DNA from: an uncultured Pelagibacteraceae bacterium
Lineage (GTDB): Bacteria; Pseudomonadota; Alphaproteobacteria; Pelagibacterales; AG-422-B15
Reading direction: 5' to 3'
Length of the DNA: 64,000 bases
Assembly (NCBI GenBank): GCA_902617525.1
Contig: CACMWW010000006.1
Location: 3,941-67,940, forward strand
Both the position numbers and the translations under genes were made by a program. The notes below the pieces were generated by a model. That model was not told where the DNA came from. It was given only the letters and a program-made list of their open reading frames with translations, and did no database searches. This document shows, piece by piece, positions 49,654-60,573 of the stretch. Every line of letters starts with the position of its first letter. The first letter of the stretch is position 1.

Positions 49654-50330
49654 TTAATAGAATTTATCTTATTTTTCTCTATGAAAGCAAGTGCAGCATT
49701 TTTTTCTGACTCTTTTATTGATGAAGAAGTTCCTACAGCTTTTTTATAATTCATAAATTCAACTTGGATTTTAAATTCAGGGTTATGGTCAGGACCAGTT
49801 TTACTGATTGTTTTATACTTAGGAAGAGTTTTATATTTTTTTAGAGTCCACTCTTGTAGCTTTGATTTAGAATCAATAATATCTTCAGCAATATTATCAA
49901 ACTTTGTTTTCCATAATGCTAATATAACTTTTCTTACCTGAGTAAAACTAGAATCTAAATATATTGCTCCCAACAATGCTTCACATGCATCAGATAGAAT
50001 ACTTTTTTTATTGTTACCGAATGATTTTTTTTCAGTTTGTCCTAAAAGAATAAAATCTCCAAGGGATATTTTTTTTGCTATTTCATGGCAGGTATTTCTG
50101 TCTACCAGACTACTTAGCATTTTGTCGAGGGAACCTTCATGTTTGCCAGGTTTATCTATTAAAAGTTTTTCTGAAATTACTAATCCTAACACCCTATCAC
50201 CGAGAAATTCTAAATTTTCATTACTTTCAAGTTTTTTGAAACTCTTATGTGTGACTGCCCGTTTTAATAGCGCTTTGTCTTTAAATTTGTAGGAAATTTT
50301 TTTTTCTAAAATTGATAAATTTTTTGTCAT
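49650..50330 (-). CDS. rnc: ribonuclease III
   Basis: 226 aa. Signature NENLEFLGDRVLG, C-terminal dsRBD. Confidence 0.92.
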   Translation of the reverse strand: MTKNLSILEKKISYKFKDKALLKRAVTHKSFKKLESNENLEFLGDRVLGLVISEKLLIDKPGKHEGSLDKMLSSLVDRNTCHEIAKKISLGDFILLGQTEKKSFGNNKKSILSDACEALLGAIYLDSSFTQVRKVILALWKTKFDNIAEDIIDSKSKLQEWTLKKYKTLPKYKTISKTGPDHNPEFKIQVEFMNYKKAVGTSSSIKESEKNAALAFIEKNKINSIK

Positions 50331-51064
50331 TAACTTATTAGCTTAAGCAACCTTTTAAATTGTATATCAAAAGGCCACTTCCAAATTTCATAAAATTTTG
50401 AACCACCTTCAGTTGAAAAAAATATAATTTGTGCCTTACCTACTAATCTATCAAAATTTACAGAACCCCAAAATCGGCTATCATTTGAATTATCTCTATT
50501 ATCACCCAGGAAAAAGTAACTGTCGTTAGGAACAATTATTTCATTGGTATTATCGCCAGGGGATCCGTCTATGTAATTATAAATTTCATATGATTTACCA
50601 TTTGGTAAAGTTTCGATGAGAACTCTTGCTTTTACTACGCGCCCATTTTTTAAAATTTTCGTATCCTCTCTTAATTCTTTATATTTAGCACTTTCACCAT
50701 TAATGATTAATTTTCCATCTTTAACTTTAATGATATCACCCGGCATACCTACTAATCTTTTAATATAGTCCAAATTAGTATGAGGCGGTTTAAATATTAT
50801 AACATCTCCTCTTTCTGGATTTGTTGATAAAACTCGATCTGATATTGGCCCAAGACTAAATGGAAATGAATGTTTACTGTAGCCATAATCGTACTTTGAA
50901 GCAAATAACCGATCACCAATAAGTAAGTTTGGCTCCATCGAGGAAGAAGGAATAAAAAATGGTTGGAATAAAAAAGTTCTGATCAATAAAGCTATTAACA
51001 ATGCATAAATCAATGTTAACAAATTTGATTTAAACCATGATTTACTAAGAAATTTATCGGTCAT
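50330..51064 (-). CDS. lepB: signal peptidase I
   Basis: 244 aa. Catalytic Ser box SSSMEPNL, Lys box YIKRLVGMPGD, GDNRDNSNDSR. Confidence 0.92.
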   Translation of the reverse strand: MTDKFLSKSWFKSNLLTLIYALLIALLIRTFLFQPFFIPSSSMEPNLLIGDRLFASKYDYGYSKHSFPFSLGPISDRVLSTNPERGDVIIFKPPHTNLDYIKRLVGMPGDIIKVKDGKLIINGESAKYKELREDTKILKNGRVVKARVLIETLPNGKSYEIYNYIDGSPGDNTNEIIVPNDSYFFLGDNRDNSNDSRFWGSVNFDRLVGKAQIIFFSTEGGSKFYEIWKWPFDIQFKRLLKLIS

Positions 51065-51068
51065 TAAA

Positions 51069-51449
51069 TTAATTAATTGTTACAATTGCTTGGGCGTAAG
51101 GAAACTCATCAGTAATTGTTAGATTTATGTCTGGCTCCTTATCGTTCGCAATTTGTTTGAGTTGAAGTTGAGAATTTCCATGAAAAGTAATCGTTGGTTT
51201 TCCTGAGGGTAGATTGGTAACTTCTAAATCCCTCCAAAATACTCCATTTCTAAAACCTGTACCAAGAGCCTTTGCCGCAGCTTCCTTAGCTGCAAACCTT
51301 TTAGCATAACAAGCTGCACTTTCTTTTCTTCTTTCACATTTTTTTATCTCATTTTCTGTAAAAATTCTTTTTTTGAACCTATCTCCAAACTTTGAAAGTG
51401 TGTTTTCTATTCTGCGAATATCAATTAAATCTGATCCTAGGCCTATCAC
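51069..51449 (-). CDS. acpS: holo-[acyl-carrier-protein] synthase
   Basis: 126 aa. IGLGSDLIDIRRIE and FAAKEAAAKALG. Confidence 0.9.
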   Translation of the reverse strand: MIGLGSDLIDIRRIENTLSKFGDRFKKRIFTENEIKKCERRKESAACYAKRFAAKEAAAKALGTGFRNGVFWRDLEVTNLPSGKPTITFHGNSQLQLKQIANDKEPDINLTITDEFPYAQAIVTIN

Positions 51450-52186
51450 TGAATTTCCCTTCCTTTTTTAATCAGTTCTCTAAATTTACTTATTGATTTT
51501 TCTAGTCCAAGGAAAACTGACTCAGAAATGATAAAATGTCCAATGTTAAACTCTTTTACTTCCTGTATCTTAGATAGTTCCCCTACAGAATCGAATGTTA
51601 TTCCGTGACCAAAATGTAATTCAAGTCCAATGCTATTACTAAAATCTGCTGCTTCTCTGATTCGTTCAAGTTCTGATGAAGCATCTTCATTATAGTTTAT
51701 TTTACGACAAAATTCTCCCGTATGAAGCTCAACAATGTCAGCGCCGATCTCTTTGGCCATTTTGATTTGGTCCATTGAAGCGTCTATGAATAAAGAAACC
51801 CTTATATTATTTTTTTTTATCTTTTCAATTTTTGGTACGAGAATATTATGATTACTTCTTACATCTATTCCGCCTTCAGTGGTTATTTCTTCTCTTTTTT
51901 CTGGAACAATACAACATGCATTCGGACCTGCATTCACTGCTATGTCAACCATTTCATTGGTTGGTGCCATTTCAAAATTTAATGGAATGGAAATATTCTC
52001 AATAATTTCATTAATATCATCGTCTCTTATATGGCGCCTATCTTCTCTTAGATGTGTAGTTATGCCATCTGCTCCATATTCTTGACACAAAAGAGCAGCT
52101 CTTAATGGGCTTGGATAGTTTTCTCCTCTGGCATTTCTAAGAGTTGCTACGTGATCAATATTTACACCAAGACGAGGTAGGGTCAT
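51446..52186 (-). CDS. pdxJ: pyridoxine 5'-phosphate synthase
   Basis: 246 aa. LGVNIDHVATLRNARG, ..THLREDRRHI... Confidence 0.92.
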   Translation of the reverse strand: MTLPRLGVNIDHVATLRNARGENYPSPLRAALLCQEYGADGITTHLREDRRHIRDDDINEIIENISIPLNFEMAPTNEMVDIAVNAGPNACCIVPEKREEITTEGGIDVRSNHNILVPKIEKIKKNNIRVSLFIDASMDQIKMAKEIGADIVELHTGEFCRKINYNEDASSELERIREAADFSNSIGLELHFGHGITFDSVGELSKIQEVKEFNIGHFIISESVFLGLEKSISKFRELIKKGREIQ

Positions 52187-52188
52187 TT

Positions 52189-52773
52189 TTATATTACTCT
52201 ACTGCCAGGTTTTGTTGCGGGTATTTTATTAAGATCGTCTGGGAGGTTATCAGGTTCATAAATTGGAATATCAAGTTTTAGGACTGATATAACATCGTGA
52301 TCTTTAAATAATTTATGATTTGAACGATCAACGATCGCTGCGATACCTAATAAATTAATATTTAGGGGTTTTAGTTTTTCTAAACATTCATTTGTTGATT
52401 TCCCAGTTGTAATAACATCCTCAACAAACAAGACGTTTGTATTTTCCTTAATTTTGAAGCCCCTTCTCAATTCAAATTCTTTATCAATTCTCTCATAAAA
52501 TATAAATTTAGACCCTAAAGATCTTGCAAGCTCATAACCTACAAGAAGACCTCCTAAAGCTGGAGATATTACATAATCAATCTTCTCACTAATATTATCT
52601 TGCACTCTGTGCTTTAATTCTTCAGAGACTATCATTCCATTTCTGGGGTCCTCGAATAACTTTGAGCACTGGCAGTAAATTTTGGATCTTTTTCCTGATG
52701 AGAGTATAAAGTGCCCATTTTGAATAGCTTCTACTTTTTCAAAAAAATCTTTTATTTCTTTTTCTGTTTTCAT
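52189..52773 (-). CDS. pyrE: orotate phosphoribosyltransferase
   Basis: 194 aa. PRPP-binding VLFVEDVITTGKS. Confidence 0.82.
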   Translation of the reverse strand: MKTEKEIKDFFEKVEAIQNGHFILSSGKRSKIYCQCSKLFEDPRNGMIVSEELKHRVQDNISEKIDYVISPALGGLLVGYELARSLGSKFIFYERIDKEFELRRGFKIKENTNVLFVEDVITTGKSTNECLEKLKPLNINLLGIAAIVDRSNHKLFKDHDVISVLKLDIPIYEPDNLPDDLNKIPATKPGSRVI

Positions 52774-54899
52774 AAATTTATTAAAAGCCTACTCACAGAA
52801 CTTACAATATCTACCTCTGAAAGAGTTTCTATAATCTTATCCAGATGTTCAAGATTATGAACGTCAATAATAAAAATCATATCGAAATAATCATCACCTT
52901 TTTCAGATATATTAAGGTTAGTTATATTTCCATCTGCACTTCCTACAATGGTCGCTAATTTTCCTAAAGATCCAGGTTCATTTTTAACTGAGACTTTGAT
53001 TCTTGATGAAAAATACTGCTTTGGATCTACATCTTTCCATGTGGCAGTAATCCAATCTTCTTTCTTTGTTTCTTTATCTAGCTCTTTACATAAACTAGAG
53101 TGGATAATTATTCCTGAGTCTTCAGATGTAAGTCCTAAAATATTTTCATTTGGTAAAGGGAAACAGCATTCTGCGTAATGAATTGCAATTCCAGGTTGGA
53201 AGTTACTTATTTCTAAAGGCATCTTATCGTTTGTGTCTCTTCTTCTGTATCGAGAAAAAAATGATAAAGTGGAACGTGGTTTAAGTTTTGACAATTGATG
53301 TGGCTTTATACTTCCTTTGCCAATTGCAACAAGAAACTCCTCAGGACTTTTTCTATTAAAACTTTTTGCAAAATTAAAAATTTCTGTATTTGAGATATCT
53401 TCATTTCTACCTGTAACTTTGTGTAATATTTTCAACCCTAGACCTGTAAATTCATCTTTTTCTTGCTTTTTAAAAAATCTTTTAATTGATGACTGAGCCT
53501 TTGCAGTAGTAACAATATTTTCCCAAGTCTCAGATGGAGATGGTTTTTTTGATGTTAGTATTTCAATCTCATCTCCATTCTGAAGTTTTGTAAATAAGGG
53601 TCTTGGTTTTCCATTAATCTTACATCCAACACAACGATTTCCAATTTCAGAATGAAGGGCATACGCAAAATCGATAGAGTTAGAATTTGCAGGCAAATGA
53701 ATTAAGTCGCCTTTTGGTGTAAAACAAAAGACTTGATCCTGAAACATTTCTAATTTTGTGGCTTCAAGTAAGTCCTCGGAACTACCACCGCTGTCTAATA
53801 TTTCGACTAAGTCTCTCAACCAAGTGACATTAACTGGATCTGAAGAAGAGTTATCCACTAAATTATAGTTCTCTTTATAGCTCCAGTGTGCGGCTATACC
53901 TTTATCTGCAATTGTGTTCATTTCACTTGTTCGAATTTGAAGCTCAACTCTCTGTCTTTCAGGGCCAACTATCGTTGTATGAATTGACTGATAATTATTT
54001 ATTTTTGGTGTCGATATGTAATCTTTAAATGAGCCAGGTACAGCAGACCACCGATTATGAATAATGCCTAATATACTATAACAGTCTTCAATACTTTTAG
54101 TGATAATCCTATAAGCAAAAATATCTGATAATTGCCTAAAGGCAATTTGCTTATTCTGCATTTTATTCCATACAGAGAAAATTTTTTTTTCACGCCCTAT
54201 TATTTGACATTCAATGTCATTCTTTTCTAAAAGACTGAATATTCTAGTTTTTATTTTATCAGTTAAATTAGATTTATCTTTCTTTAAATACTCAATTCTT
54301 GTCATTAATGAGGAGTATGCTGAAGGATTTAATATTTGAAATGATAAATCTTCTAACTCATCTTTAAATTCATGCATTCCTAATCTTCCTGCAAGGGGAG
54401 CGTAAATTTCTAAAGTTTCAGTTGCAATGCGTTGTCTTCTTTTTTCTTGTGGGATAAATTGAATGGTTCTCATATTATGTAAGCGATCAGCTAACTTTAC
54501 TAACAAAACCCTGATATCCTTTGACATTGCTAAAATTAATTTTCTAAAATTTTCAGCTTGGAATTTATTTTCTGTATAAGTTTCAATTTTTGATAGCTTT
54601 GTAACACCATTTACTAATTGAAGAATTTCTTTTCCAAATTTTTCTTCAATTTCATTTTCTGTTGCAAGAGTGTCCTCAAGTGTATCGTGTAATAGACCTG
54701 TTATTATTGTTGAAGTATCTAATTTTAAGTTTAATAAAATGTCCGCAACTGCGACTGGATGAGATATATATGGATCACCCGAGTGTCTTTTTTGTGACTT
54801 GTGGCACTCTACTGCAAAAGAATAAGCTTTTTCTATTAATTTAGAGTTAAGATTCTTATCTATCAGTTTTGCAGGTTTGTAGACTGTTGATTGTGCCAT
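52770..54899 (-). CDS. spoT: bifunctional (p)ppGpp synthetase/hydrolase (Rsh)
   Basis: 709 aa. HD hydrolase HSGDPYISHP..LLHDTLEDT, synthetase YQSIHTTI..ELQIRT, TGS and C-terminal ACT regions. Confidence 0.92.
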   Translation of the reverse strand: MAQSTVYKPAKLIDKNLNSKLIEKAYSFAVECHKSQKRHSGDPYISHPVAVADILLNLKLDTSTIITGLLHDTLEDTLATENEIEEKFGKEILQLVNGVTKLSKIETYTENKFQAENFRKLILAMSKDIRVLLVKLADRLHNMRTIQFIPQEKRRQRIATETLEIYAPLAGRLGMHEFKDELEDLSFQILNPSAYSSLMTRIEYLKKDKSNLTDKIKTRIFSLLEKNDIECQIIGREKKIFSVWNKMQNKQIAFRQLSDIFAYRIITKSIEDCYSILGIIHNRWSAVPGSFKDYISTPKINNYQSIHTTIVGPERQRVELQIRTSEMNTIADKGIAAHWSYKENYNLVDNSSSDPVNVTWLRDLVEILDSGGSSEDLLEATKLEMFQDQVFCFTPKGDLIHLPANSNSIDFAYALHSEIGNRCVGCKINGKPRPLFTKLQNGDEIEILTSKKPSPSETWENIVTTAKAQSSIKRFFKKQEKDEFTGLGLKILHKVTGRNEDISNTEIFNFAKSFNRKSPEEFLVAIGKGSIKPHQLSKLKPRSTLSFFSRYRRRDTNDKMPLEISNFQPGIAIHYAECCFPLPNENILGLTSEDSGIIIHSSLCKELDKETKKEDWITATWKDVDPKQYFSSRIKVSVKNEPGSLGKLATIVGSADGNITNLNISEKGDDYFDMIFIIDVHNLEHLDKIIETLSEVDIVSSVSRLLINL

Positions 54900-54954
54900 A
54901 ATGCACTATTAATCATACATTATTTACTAAGTGAAGCCCAAAATTATTGACTAT

Positions 54955-55473
54955 TTAAAGGGTATTTAAAACTTTGTATATTTTATCTTCAATATACAAG
55001 CTTTTATGAAGCCTCATAATTGAAGATTTTTTTTCAGAATGGAGCCATCCAGGACAAATATCCATTAAAGGCCTTAATACAAAATTTCTCTCATGAAGTC
55101 TTGGATGTGGAATTTCAACAGAATTTTTGTTCTCATTTATCAATATTTTATTGGACTTACTTAGCAACAGAATATCTAAATCACATGTTCGTGAAGTATT
55201 TTTACGATAGGCATATCTTCCTGTAATTCTCTCAATTTTTTTTAGAATTATTAGAAGATTTTTAGGTTTTAATTTTGTTTCAACAATTAAAGCTGCATTT
55301 AAAAAGGTTTCAGCAGCAGTTTTAAAATTTTTGGGTGGTGTTGAATATAATTTGGATTTCCTTATCACTTTGATATTGTTACGCTCCAACTCTTTTAAAA
55401 CAAATTTAAGTGTATTTAATTTATTACCAAATCTTGAATTAGAATTTGAACCAATTCCTAGAGCGTAAATCAT
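54955..55473 (-). CDS. folK: 2-amino-4-hydroxy-6-hydroxymethyldihydropterin pyrophosphokinase
   Basis: 172 aa. ..TCDLDILL.. and [16 protein letters not shown]. Confidence 0.85.
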   Translation of the reverse strand: MIYALGIGSNSNSRFGNKLNTLKFVLKELERNNIKVIRKSKLYSTPPKNFKTAAETFLNAALIVETKLKPKNLLIILKKIERITGRYAYRKNTSRTCDLDILLLSKSNKILINENKNSVEIPHPRLHERNFVLRPLMDICPGWLHSEKKSSIMRLHKSLYIEDKIYKVLNTL

Positions 55474-55907
55474 CCGTACTTTTTTTTCTCCCTAACCCAA
55501 TCTTTTCTTTTTTTAGCATCTCTTTTATCATGTAGTTTTTTTCCTTTAGCAAGAGCAATTTCCAACTTTGCCTTACCTTTTTTATTAAAGTATATTTTTG
55601 TTGGGATCAAAGTAAGTGACTCTTTATTTAATTTTCCAATGATCTTTCTGATTTCTTTTTTATGCAAAAGTAATTTTCGTGGACGGTTTTCAACATGATT
55701 TAGATATGAAGCATTAGAATATTTCGAGAAATGTGAGTTTATTAAAAATATTTCACTATTATCTTCCCTTGCATATGACTCGGCTATCTCAACTCTTCCA
55801 TTTCGAAGCGATTTTATCTCACTACCTTGTAGTTCAATTCCTGCCTCAAATAATTCAACAAATGTATAATTATACTTTGCTTTTCTGTTTTGAACTGCTA
55901 TTTGCAA
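55470..55907 (-). CDS. smpB: SsrA-binding protein SmpB
   Basis: 145 aa. [33 protein letters not shown]... Confidence 0.93.
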   Translation of the reverse strand: MQIAVQNRKAKYNYTFVELFEAGIELQGSEIKSLRNGRVEIAESYAREDNSEIFLINSHFSKYSNASYLNHVENRPRKLLLHKKEIRKIIGKLNKESLTLIPTKIYFNKKGKAKLEIALAKGKKLHDKRDAKKRKDWVREKKKYG

Positions 55908-55909
55908 GG

Positions 55910-56782
55910 CTAAATTAATGATGCGTGCTTCATAGCTTTATCAACTAATTGCTTGGTTTCATCTGATATACTTGTGAGCGGCAGTCTTATGTCATCTTTG
56001 CATAAACCAAGCTTAGAAGCTGCATATTTTACTGGGGCAGGACTGGACTCAACAAATAAAGCATGATGCAGCGGCATCAGTTTGTCATTTATCTCAGAAG
56101 CTTTAGCAAAATTTTGATCTAAACAATATTTCATAAATTCAGAACATAATTTTGGGGCGATATTAGACGTCACTGAGATAGATCCGTGACCACCGTAAAT
56201 CATAAAAGCTAACGTAGTTGCATCATCTCCTGTTAACTGGTTAAAATCTTCTCCTATTGTTGTTTTCGTTTCATAAACTCTTGGTATATCTGAAGTAGCA
56301 TCCTTTACTCCAACAATGTTTTTAATTTTAAACAAATCCCTCATTGTTTTTGTATTCATATCAACAATTGATCTGCCAGGAATATTGTAAATAATAATTG
56401 GAAGTGTAGTTGCCTTACTAATTGCCTCAAAGTGTGAGTATAAACCATGTTGTGTAGGTTTATTATAATATGGTGTAACCACTAAAGCTCCATCAGCACC
56501 TGCTTTTTCAGCGTGCATTGTGAGATCGATTGCTTCGTCAGTATTGTTTGACCCTGTTCCTGCTATTACTGGTACACGTTTTGCTGTTTCTTCGACACAT
56601 ATCTCAACTGCTAACTTGTGTTCTTCATGGCTTAAAGTTGGTGACTCGCCTGTTGTACCTACAGGAACCAATCCATGTATACCTTCTGATATTTGAAAAT
56701 CTATCAGAGACCTAAATGATTTTTCATCAATAGATTTGCCATCAAAAGGCGTAATTAATGCTGTATGAGATCCTTTAAACAT
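55910..56782 (-). CDS. dapA: 4-hydroxy-tetrahydrodipicolinate synthase
   Basis: 290 aa. [10 protein letters not shown], ..TPYYNKPTQ.., GVKDAT. Confidence 0.93.
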   Translation of the reverse strand: MFKGSHTALITPFDGKSIDEKSFRSLIDFQISEGIHGLVPVGTTGESPTLSHEEHKLAVEICVEETAKRVPVIAGTGSNNTDEAIDLTMHAEKAGADGALVVTPYYNKPTQHGLYSHFEAISKATTLPIIIYNIPGRSIVDMNTKTMRDLFKIKNIVGVKDATSDIPRVYETKTTIGEDFNQLTGDDATTLAFMIYGGHGSISVTSNIAPKLCSEFMKYCLDQNFAKASEINDKLMPLHHALFVESSPAPVKYAASKLGLCKDDIRLPLTSISDETKQLVDKAMKHASLI

Positions 56783-56862
56783 TGTTTACAATAGCACTTT
56801 TAATTATTTAAAAAAACCTTAATCATAAATATACTTGTGCAAATCAAACAAATAACTATTTC

Positions 56863-58977
56863 GTGAAAAAATTAATTATTTATGCAGTAAGTCTATTTTT
56901 TATTTCAGGAATATCTTCTTTTGGAGAAATAACGCCTGTAAAGAGAAGTCTATACATTGAATTGCCAGGACCTGGGTTCTCGATCCCAATAAAAAAACCG
57001 GTGCAGCCTGCACTCTCTCAATTGTTGAGCAATAAAGACTATGAGTTATTTGAGTTAGCGCTCGACAAAGCGGATGAATATAAATGGGATCGAGTAACTG
57101 GAATAAGCAGTAATATTAAAAATGAAACAGCAAAAGAAACTCTAAACTGGCTTAAATATTATAATGGTGCAGGTAATTTAACATTTTCTGATTACAAAAC
57201 ATATATCAAGAAATATTCAAATTGGCCTGAAATAGAAAAAATAAAACTCAAAGCTGAATCAAAAATTACATTTAGAGATAATTATGAAGATTTAATAGAT
57301 TACTTTAGCGATAATCCTCCAGAAACAGGCTGGGGTCGAATATATTTAGGTAATGCACTTCTAAACAGTGGCAAATCTGAAGAAGGAAAGAGACTTATCA
57401 TTGATGGATATATCGGTGGCAGCTTTACAAGAAAAGAACAATCTCAAATCATAAAAACTTATAAAAGTATTTTAAATAAAGATCATCATCTGAGAAGAAT
57501 AAATAAATTACTGTGGGACGGAAAATATAGGACTGCAGCCAGATTAGTAAAATATGTTGATAAAGATTATCAAAAACTATTTGAAGCCAGGATAGGATTA
57601 ATTTCATTTGCGGGTGGTGTAGATAATTTAATAAAGCTGGTTCCAGATAAATTGAAAAATGATCCTGGGCTTGTTTATGATCGAATCAATTGGCGAATTA
57701 AAAAAAGAAAGTATGATAGTGCACTAGTATTATTATTAGATATCAATAAATCAAATTCAAGTGAGTTAGTTCGCCCAGACAAATTTTGGGATAAAAAAAG
57801 TTTTCTTATTAGGCGTTTAATTGACCGTCATGAATATGAAGCTGCATACGCGCTTGCAATAAATCACGGTTTGAGTGAAAGTAAAGATATTGCTGAGGCT
57901 GAGTGGTTAGCTGGTTGGATAGCTCTTACTTTTTTATCTAATCCAGAATCAGCCTATCTTCATTTTCAAGAAATTTGGAATGTTTCATCAAGACCAATCT
58001 CAAAAGCAAGAGCCGCCTATTGGATGGGAAATGCATTAGAGGAAGTTGGTAGTTCTGCAGAGTCGCAACGCTGGTATGAAAAGGCTTCTTTGTACAGTCT
58101 TACCTTTTATGGTCAGCTCGCGGCGAGCAAATTATCAGAAAAGAAATTATTTAATCCATTGCTTGTAGAGTATTCCGATGCTAACAACACTGATTATAAA
58201 GAAAATCGAACAGTTTATTTATCAATCTCTTTATTAAATGAATTTGATAGACCTAAATTGGTTAAAAAATTTATTTGGGATCTTGCTGATCGTAACAATC
58301 TTAGTACTTCTGTAAATTCTGTCAAAACTGCAAATGACATAGGCAGACATGATTTTGCAGTTCAAGCAGGTAAAATTTTATATTATAATCACACAGTTCT
58401 TGACCCTCTAAGCTTTCCTCAAATTGAACGACCTGAATTTGAAAAAATCATTTTTCCAGAACAAAGTCTAATACATTCTGTAACAAGACAAGAGAGTCAG
58501 TTTGATCCTAAAGCTGGAAGTTATGCAGGAGCTAAAGGATTAATGCAACTTATGCCGTATACTGCAAAAAGGGTCTCAAAGGGTTTAAAGCTTGAATATA
58601 CAAAGAGTAAATTAACTGAAGATCCAAAGTATAATGTAATTTTAGGAAGTGCTTATTTAGATAAATTACTCTCAAACTACAATGGCTCATACATTTTGTC
58701 TCTTGCAGCTTATAATGCGGGTGAGTCACGAGTTTCAAGATGGATAAAAAAATATGGAGACCCAAGAAAAGATGATATTACAAGTGAGAATTGGATAGAG
58801 TTGATACCTTTCAAAGAAACAAGAAACTATGTTCAAAGAGTAATGGAAAATATTCAAGTATATGAATTTATTGAGAATGGATTGAAACCAATTGAGTACA
58901 CTTTATCAAATAATCTTAATCGTGCTTATGTTGGTGGAAAAACCTTAATTAAACCAAGTAAGAAAAAAGAATCGTAA
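56863..58977 (+). CDS. slt: soluble lytic murein transglycosylase (Slt70-like)
   Basis: 704 aa. Signal peptide, long superhelical N-domain, SLT catalytic motif ESQFDPKAGSYAGAKGLMQLMP..AYNAG. GTG start. Confidence 0.85.
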   Translation: MKKLIIYAVSLFFISGISSFGEITPVKRSLYIELPGPGFSIPIKKPVQPALSQLLSNKDYELFELALDKADEYKWDRVTGISSNIKNETAKETLNWLKYYNGAGNLTFSDYKTYIKKYSNWPEIEKIKLKAESKITFRDNYEDLIDYFSDNPPETGWGRIYLGNALLNSGKSEEGKRLIIDGYIGGSFTRKEQSQIIKTYKSILNKDHHLRRINKLLWDGKYRTAARLVKYVDKDYQKLFEARIGLISFAGGVDNLIKLVPDKLKNDPGLVYDRINWRIKKRKYDSALVLLLDINKSNSSELVRPDKFWDKKSFLIRRLIDRHEYEAAYALAINHGLSESKDIAEAEWLAGWIALTFLSNPESAYLHFQEIWNVSSRPISKARAAYWMGNALEEVGSSAESQRWYEKASLYSLTFYGQLAASKLSEKKLFNPLLVEYSDANNTDYKENRTVYLSISLLNEFDRPKLVKKFIWDLADRNNLSTSVNSVKTANDIGRHDFAVQAGKILYYNHTVLDPLSFPQIERPEFEKIIFPEQSLIHSVTRQESQFDPKAGSYAGAKGLMQLMPYTAKRVSKGLKLEYTKSKLTEDPKYNVILGSAYLDKLLSNYNGSYILSLAAYNAGESRVSRWIKKYGDPRKDDITSENWIELIPFKETRNYVQRVMENIQVYEFIENGLKPIEYTLSNNLNRAYVGGKTLIKPSKKKES

Positions 58978-58988
58978 TAAAATTAGTG

Positions 58989-59082
58989 TGGCGGAGAGAG
59001 AGGGATTCGAACCCTCGGTACGGGTATAAGCCCGCACAACTCCTTAGCAGGGAGCCGGTTTCAACCACTCACCCATCTCTCC
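58989..59082 (-). tRNA. tRNA-Ser (GCT)
   Basis: Reverse complement GGAGAGATGGGTGAGTGGTTGAAACCGGCTCCCTGCTAAGGAGT-long variable arm-GAGGGTTCGAATCCCTCTCTCTCCGCCA. Anticodon loop CTGCTAA. Confidence 0.92.
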
Positions 59083-59130
59083 ACACATTGTTTTAATATA
59101 TCAAATTTATATTGATTAAAAGAAATTACT

Positions 59131-60573
59131 TTATTGTGATAACTTTTTCTTGATGAGGTCATTAACTATTTTTGGATTAGCTTTACCTTTAGAAAGTTTC
59201 ATGGCCTCACCAACAAAAAAACCAAAAAGTTTATCTTTTCCATTTTTATATTTTTTAACGTTTTCTGGATTTGAATTTAATACATTATCAACTAGGCTTT
59301 CTATTTCATTTTCATCACTAATTTGGGATAAACCTTTTTCATCAATAATCTCTAACGCACCTTTGCCACTTTCACACATTTCCTCCAACACTTCCTTTGC
59401 TTGACGGTTTGAAATCTTACCATTTTCGATGTTATCAACCAGTTCACCAAGTTGTTTTGAAGTAATAGGACTATTCTCAATAATCAGATTTTTTTTATTT
59501 AGTATTGAAAATAATTCTCCAGTAACCCATGTTGTTACAAGTTTTGGATTCCTGTTCTTTACAACGTCTTCGAAATATTCACTTGTTGCTTTGTCTGAAA
59601 CAATTATATTTGCATCATAAGAACTAAGAGAATATTCATTAATAAATCTCTCTTTTATTTGATCTGGCAATTCTGGTATTGATTCTTGTAAACCTTTAAT
59701 CCAGTTATCATCCAAAGTGAGTGGCAAAAGGTCTGGATCAGGAAAATATCGATAATCATGAGCATCTTCTTTTGACCTCATTGATCTCGTTTCACCAGAC
59801 TGCGTATTAAATAATCTTGTTTCTTGATTAACACTTTCTCCTTGCTCAATAAGTTTTATTTGTCTTTTTGCTTCATAAACAATAGCTGCATGAATAAATT
59901 TAAATGAGTTTAAGTTTTTGATTTCGCATCTTGTACCTAATTGATTTCCAGGCCTGTTTACAGAAACATTTACGTCGGCTCTTAGAGATCCTTGTTCCAT
60001 ATTTCCGTCACATGTACCAAGATATCTTAGAATACTTCTAACTTTTCGAACATATTCAACAGCCTCCTCTGGTGAGCTCATATCTGGTTTAGATACAATT
60101 TCCATTAGAGCAATTCCTGAACGATTCAAGTCAACAAAAGTGAAGTTTGGATCCTGGTCATGCAAACTTTTACCTGCATCTTGTTCTAAATGAAGTCTCT
60201 CAACTCCTATTTTCTTTTGACCGTTTTTAGTTTCTATTTCAACAAATCCTTCTCCCACTATTGGGTCCTTATACTGAGATATCTGGTAGCCTTGTGGTAA
60301 GTCTTGATAAAAATAATTCTTACGATCAAAAATAGATTTTTTATTTATTTTTGCATTTAATCCAATCCCTGACTTAACGGCTTGCTCAATACAAAATTTA
60401 TTAATTACAGGCAGCATACCTGGCATTGCTGCATCAATTAAACTTACTTGACTATTGGGTTTAGATCCAAAATCGGTTGGTGATGATGAAAATAATTTAG
60501 ATTTTGAATTAACTTGAGCATGAATCTCTATTCCAATAACTAAATTCCAACCCTCTATCATTTGAGCCACCAT
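59131..60573 (-). CDS. gatB: Asp/Glu-tRNA(Asn/Gln) amidotransferase subunit B
   Basis: 480 aa. ..[17 protein letters not shown]... An alternative start at 60561 (MIEGW..) would give an ATGA overlap with the gatA stop. Confidence 0.93.
   Translation of the reverse strand: MVAQMIEGWNLVIGIEIHAQVNSKSKLFSSSPTDFGSKPNSQVSLIDAAMPGMLPVINKFCIEQAVKSGIGLNAKINKKSIFDRKNYFYQDLPQGYQISQYKDPIVGEGFVEIETKNGQKKIGVERLHLEQDAGKSLHDQDPNFTFVDLNRSGIALMEIVSKPDMSSPEEAVEYVRKVRSILRYLGTCDGNMEQGSLRADVNVSVNRPGNQLGTRCEIKNLNSFKFIHAAIVYEAKRQIKLIEQGESVNQETRLFNTQSGETRSMRSKEDAHDYRYFPDPDLLPLTLDDNWIKGLQESIPELPDQIKERFINEYSLSSYDANIIVSDKATSEYFEDVVKNRNPKLVTTWVTGELFSILNKKNLIIENSPITSKQLGELVDNIENGKISNRQAKEVLEEMCESGKGALEIIDEKGLSQISDENEIESLVDNVLNSNPENVKKYKNGKDKLFGFFVGEAMKLSKGKANPKIVNDLIKKKLSQ

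Noticed and set aside
55470-56862. tmRNA (ssrA) next to smpB, or other housekeeping ncRNAs (RNase P RNA, 4.5S, 6S) in intergenic gaps
   Set aside because: smpB is flanked by folK and dapA with a 4-nt overlap and a 2-nt gap. The remaining spacers over 80 nt (3428-3522, 8903-9032, 20635-20721) are AT-rich with no evident conserved helices.
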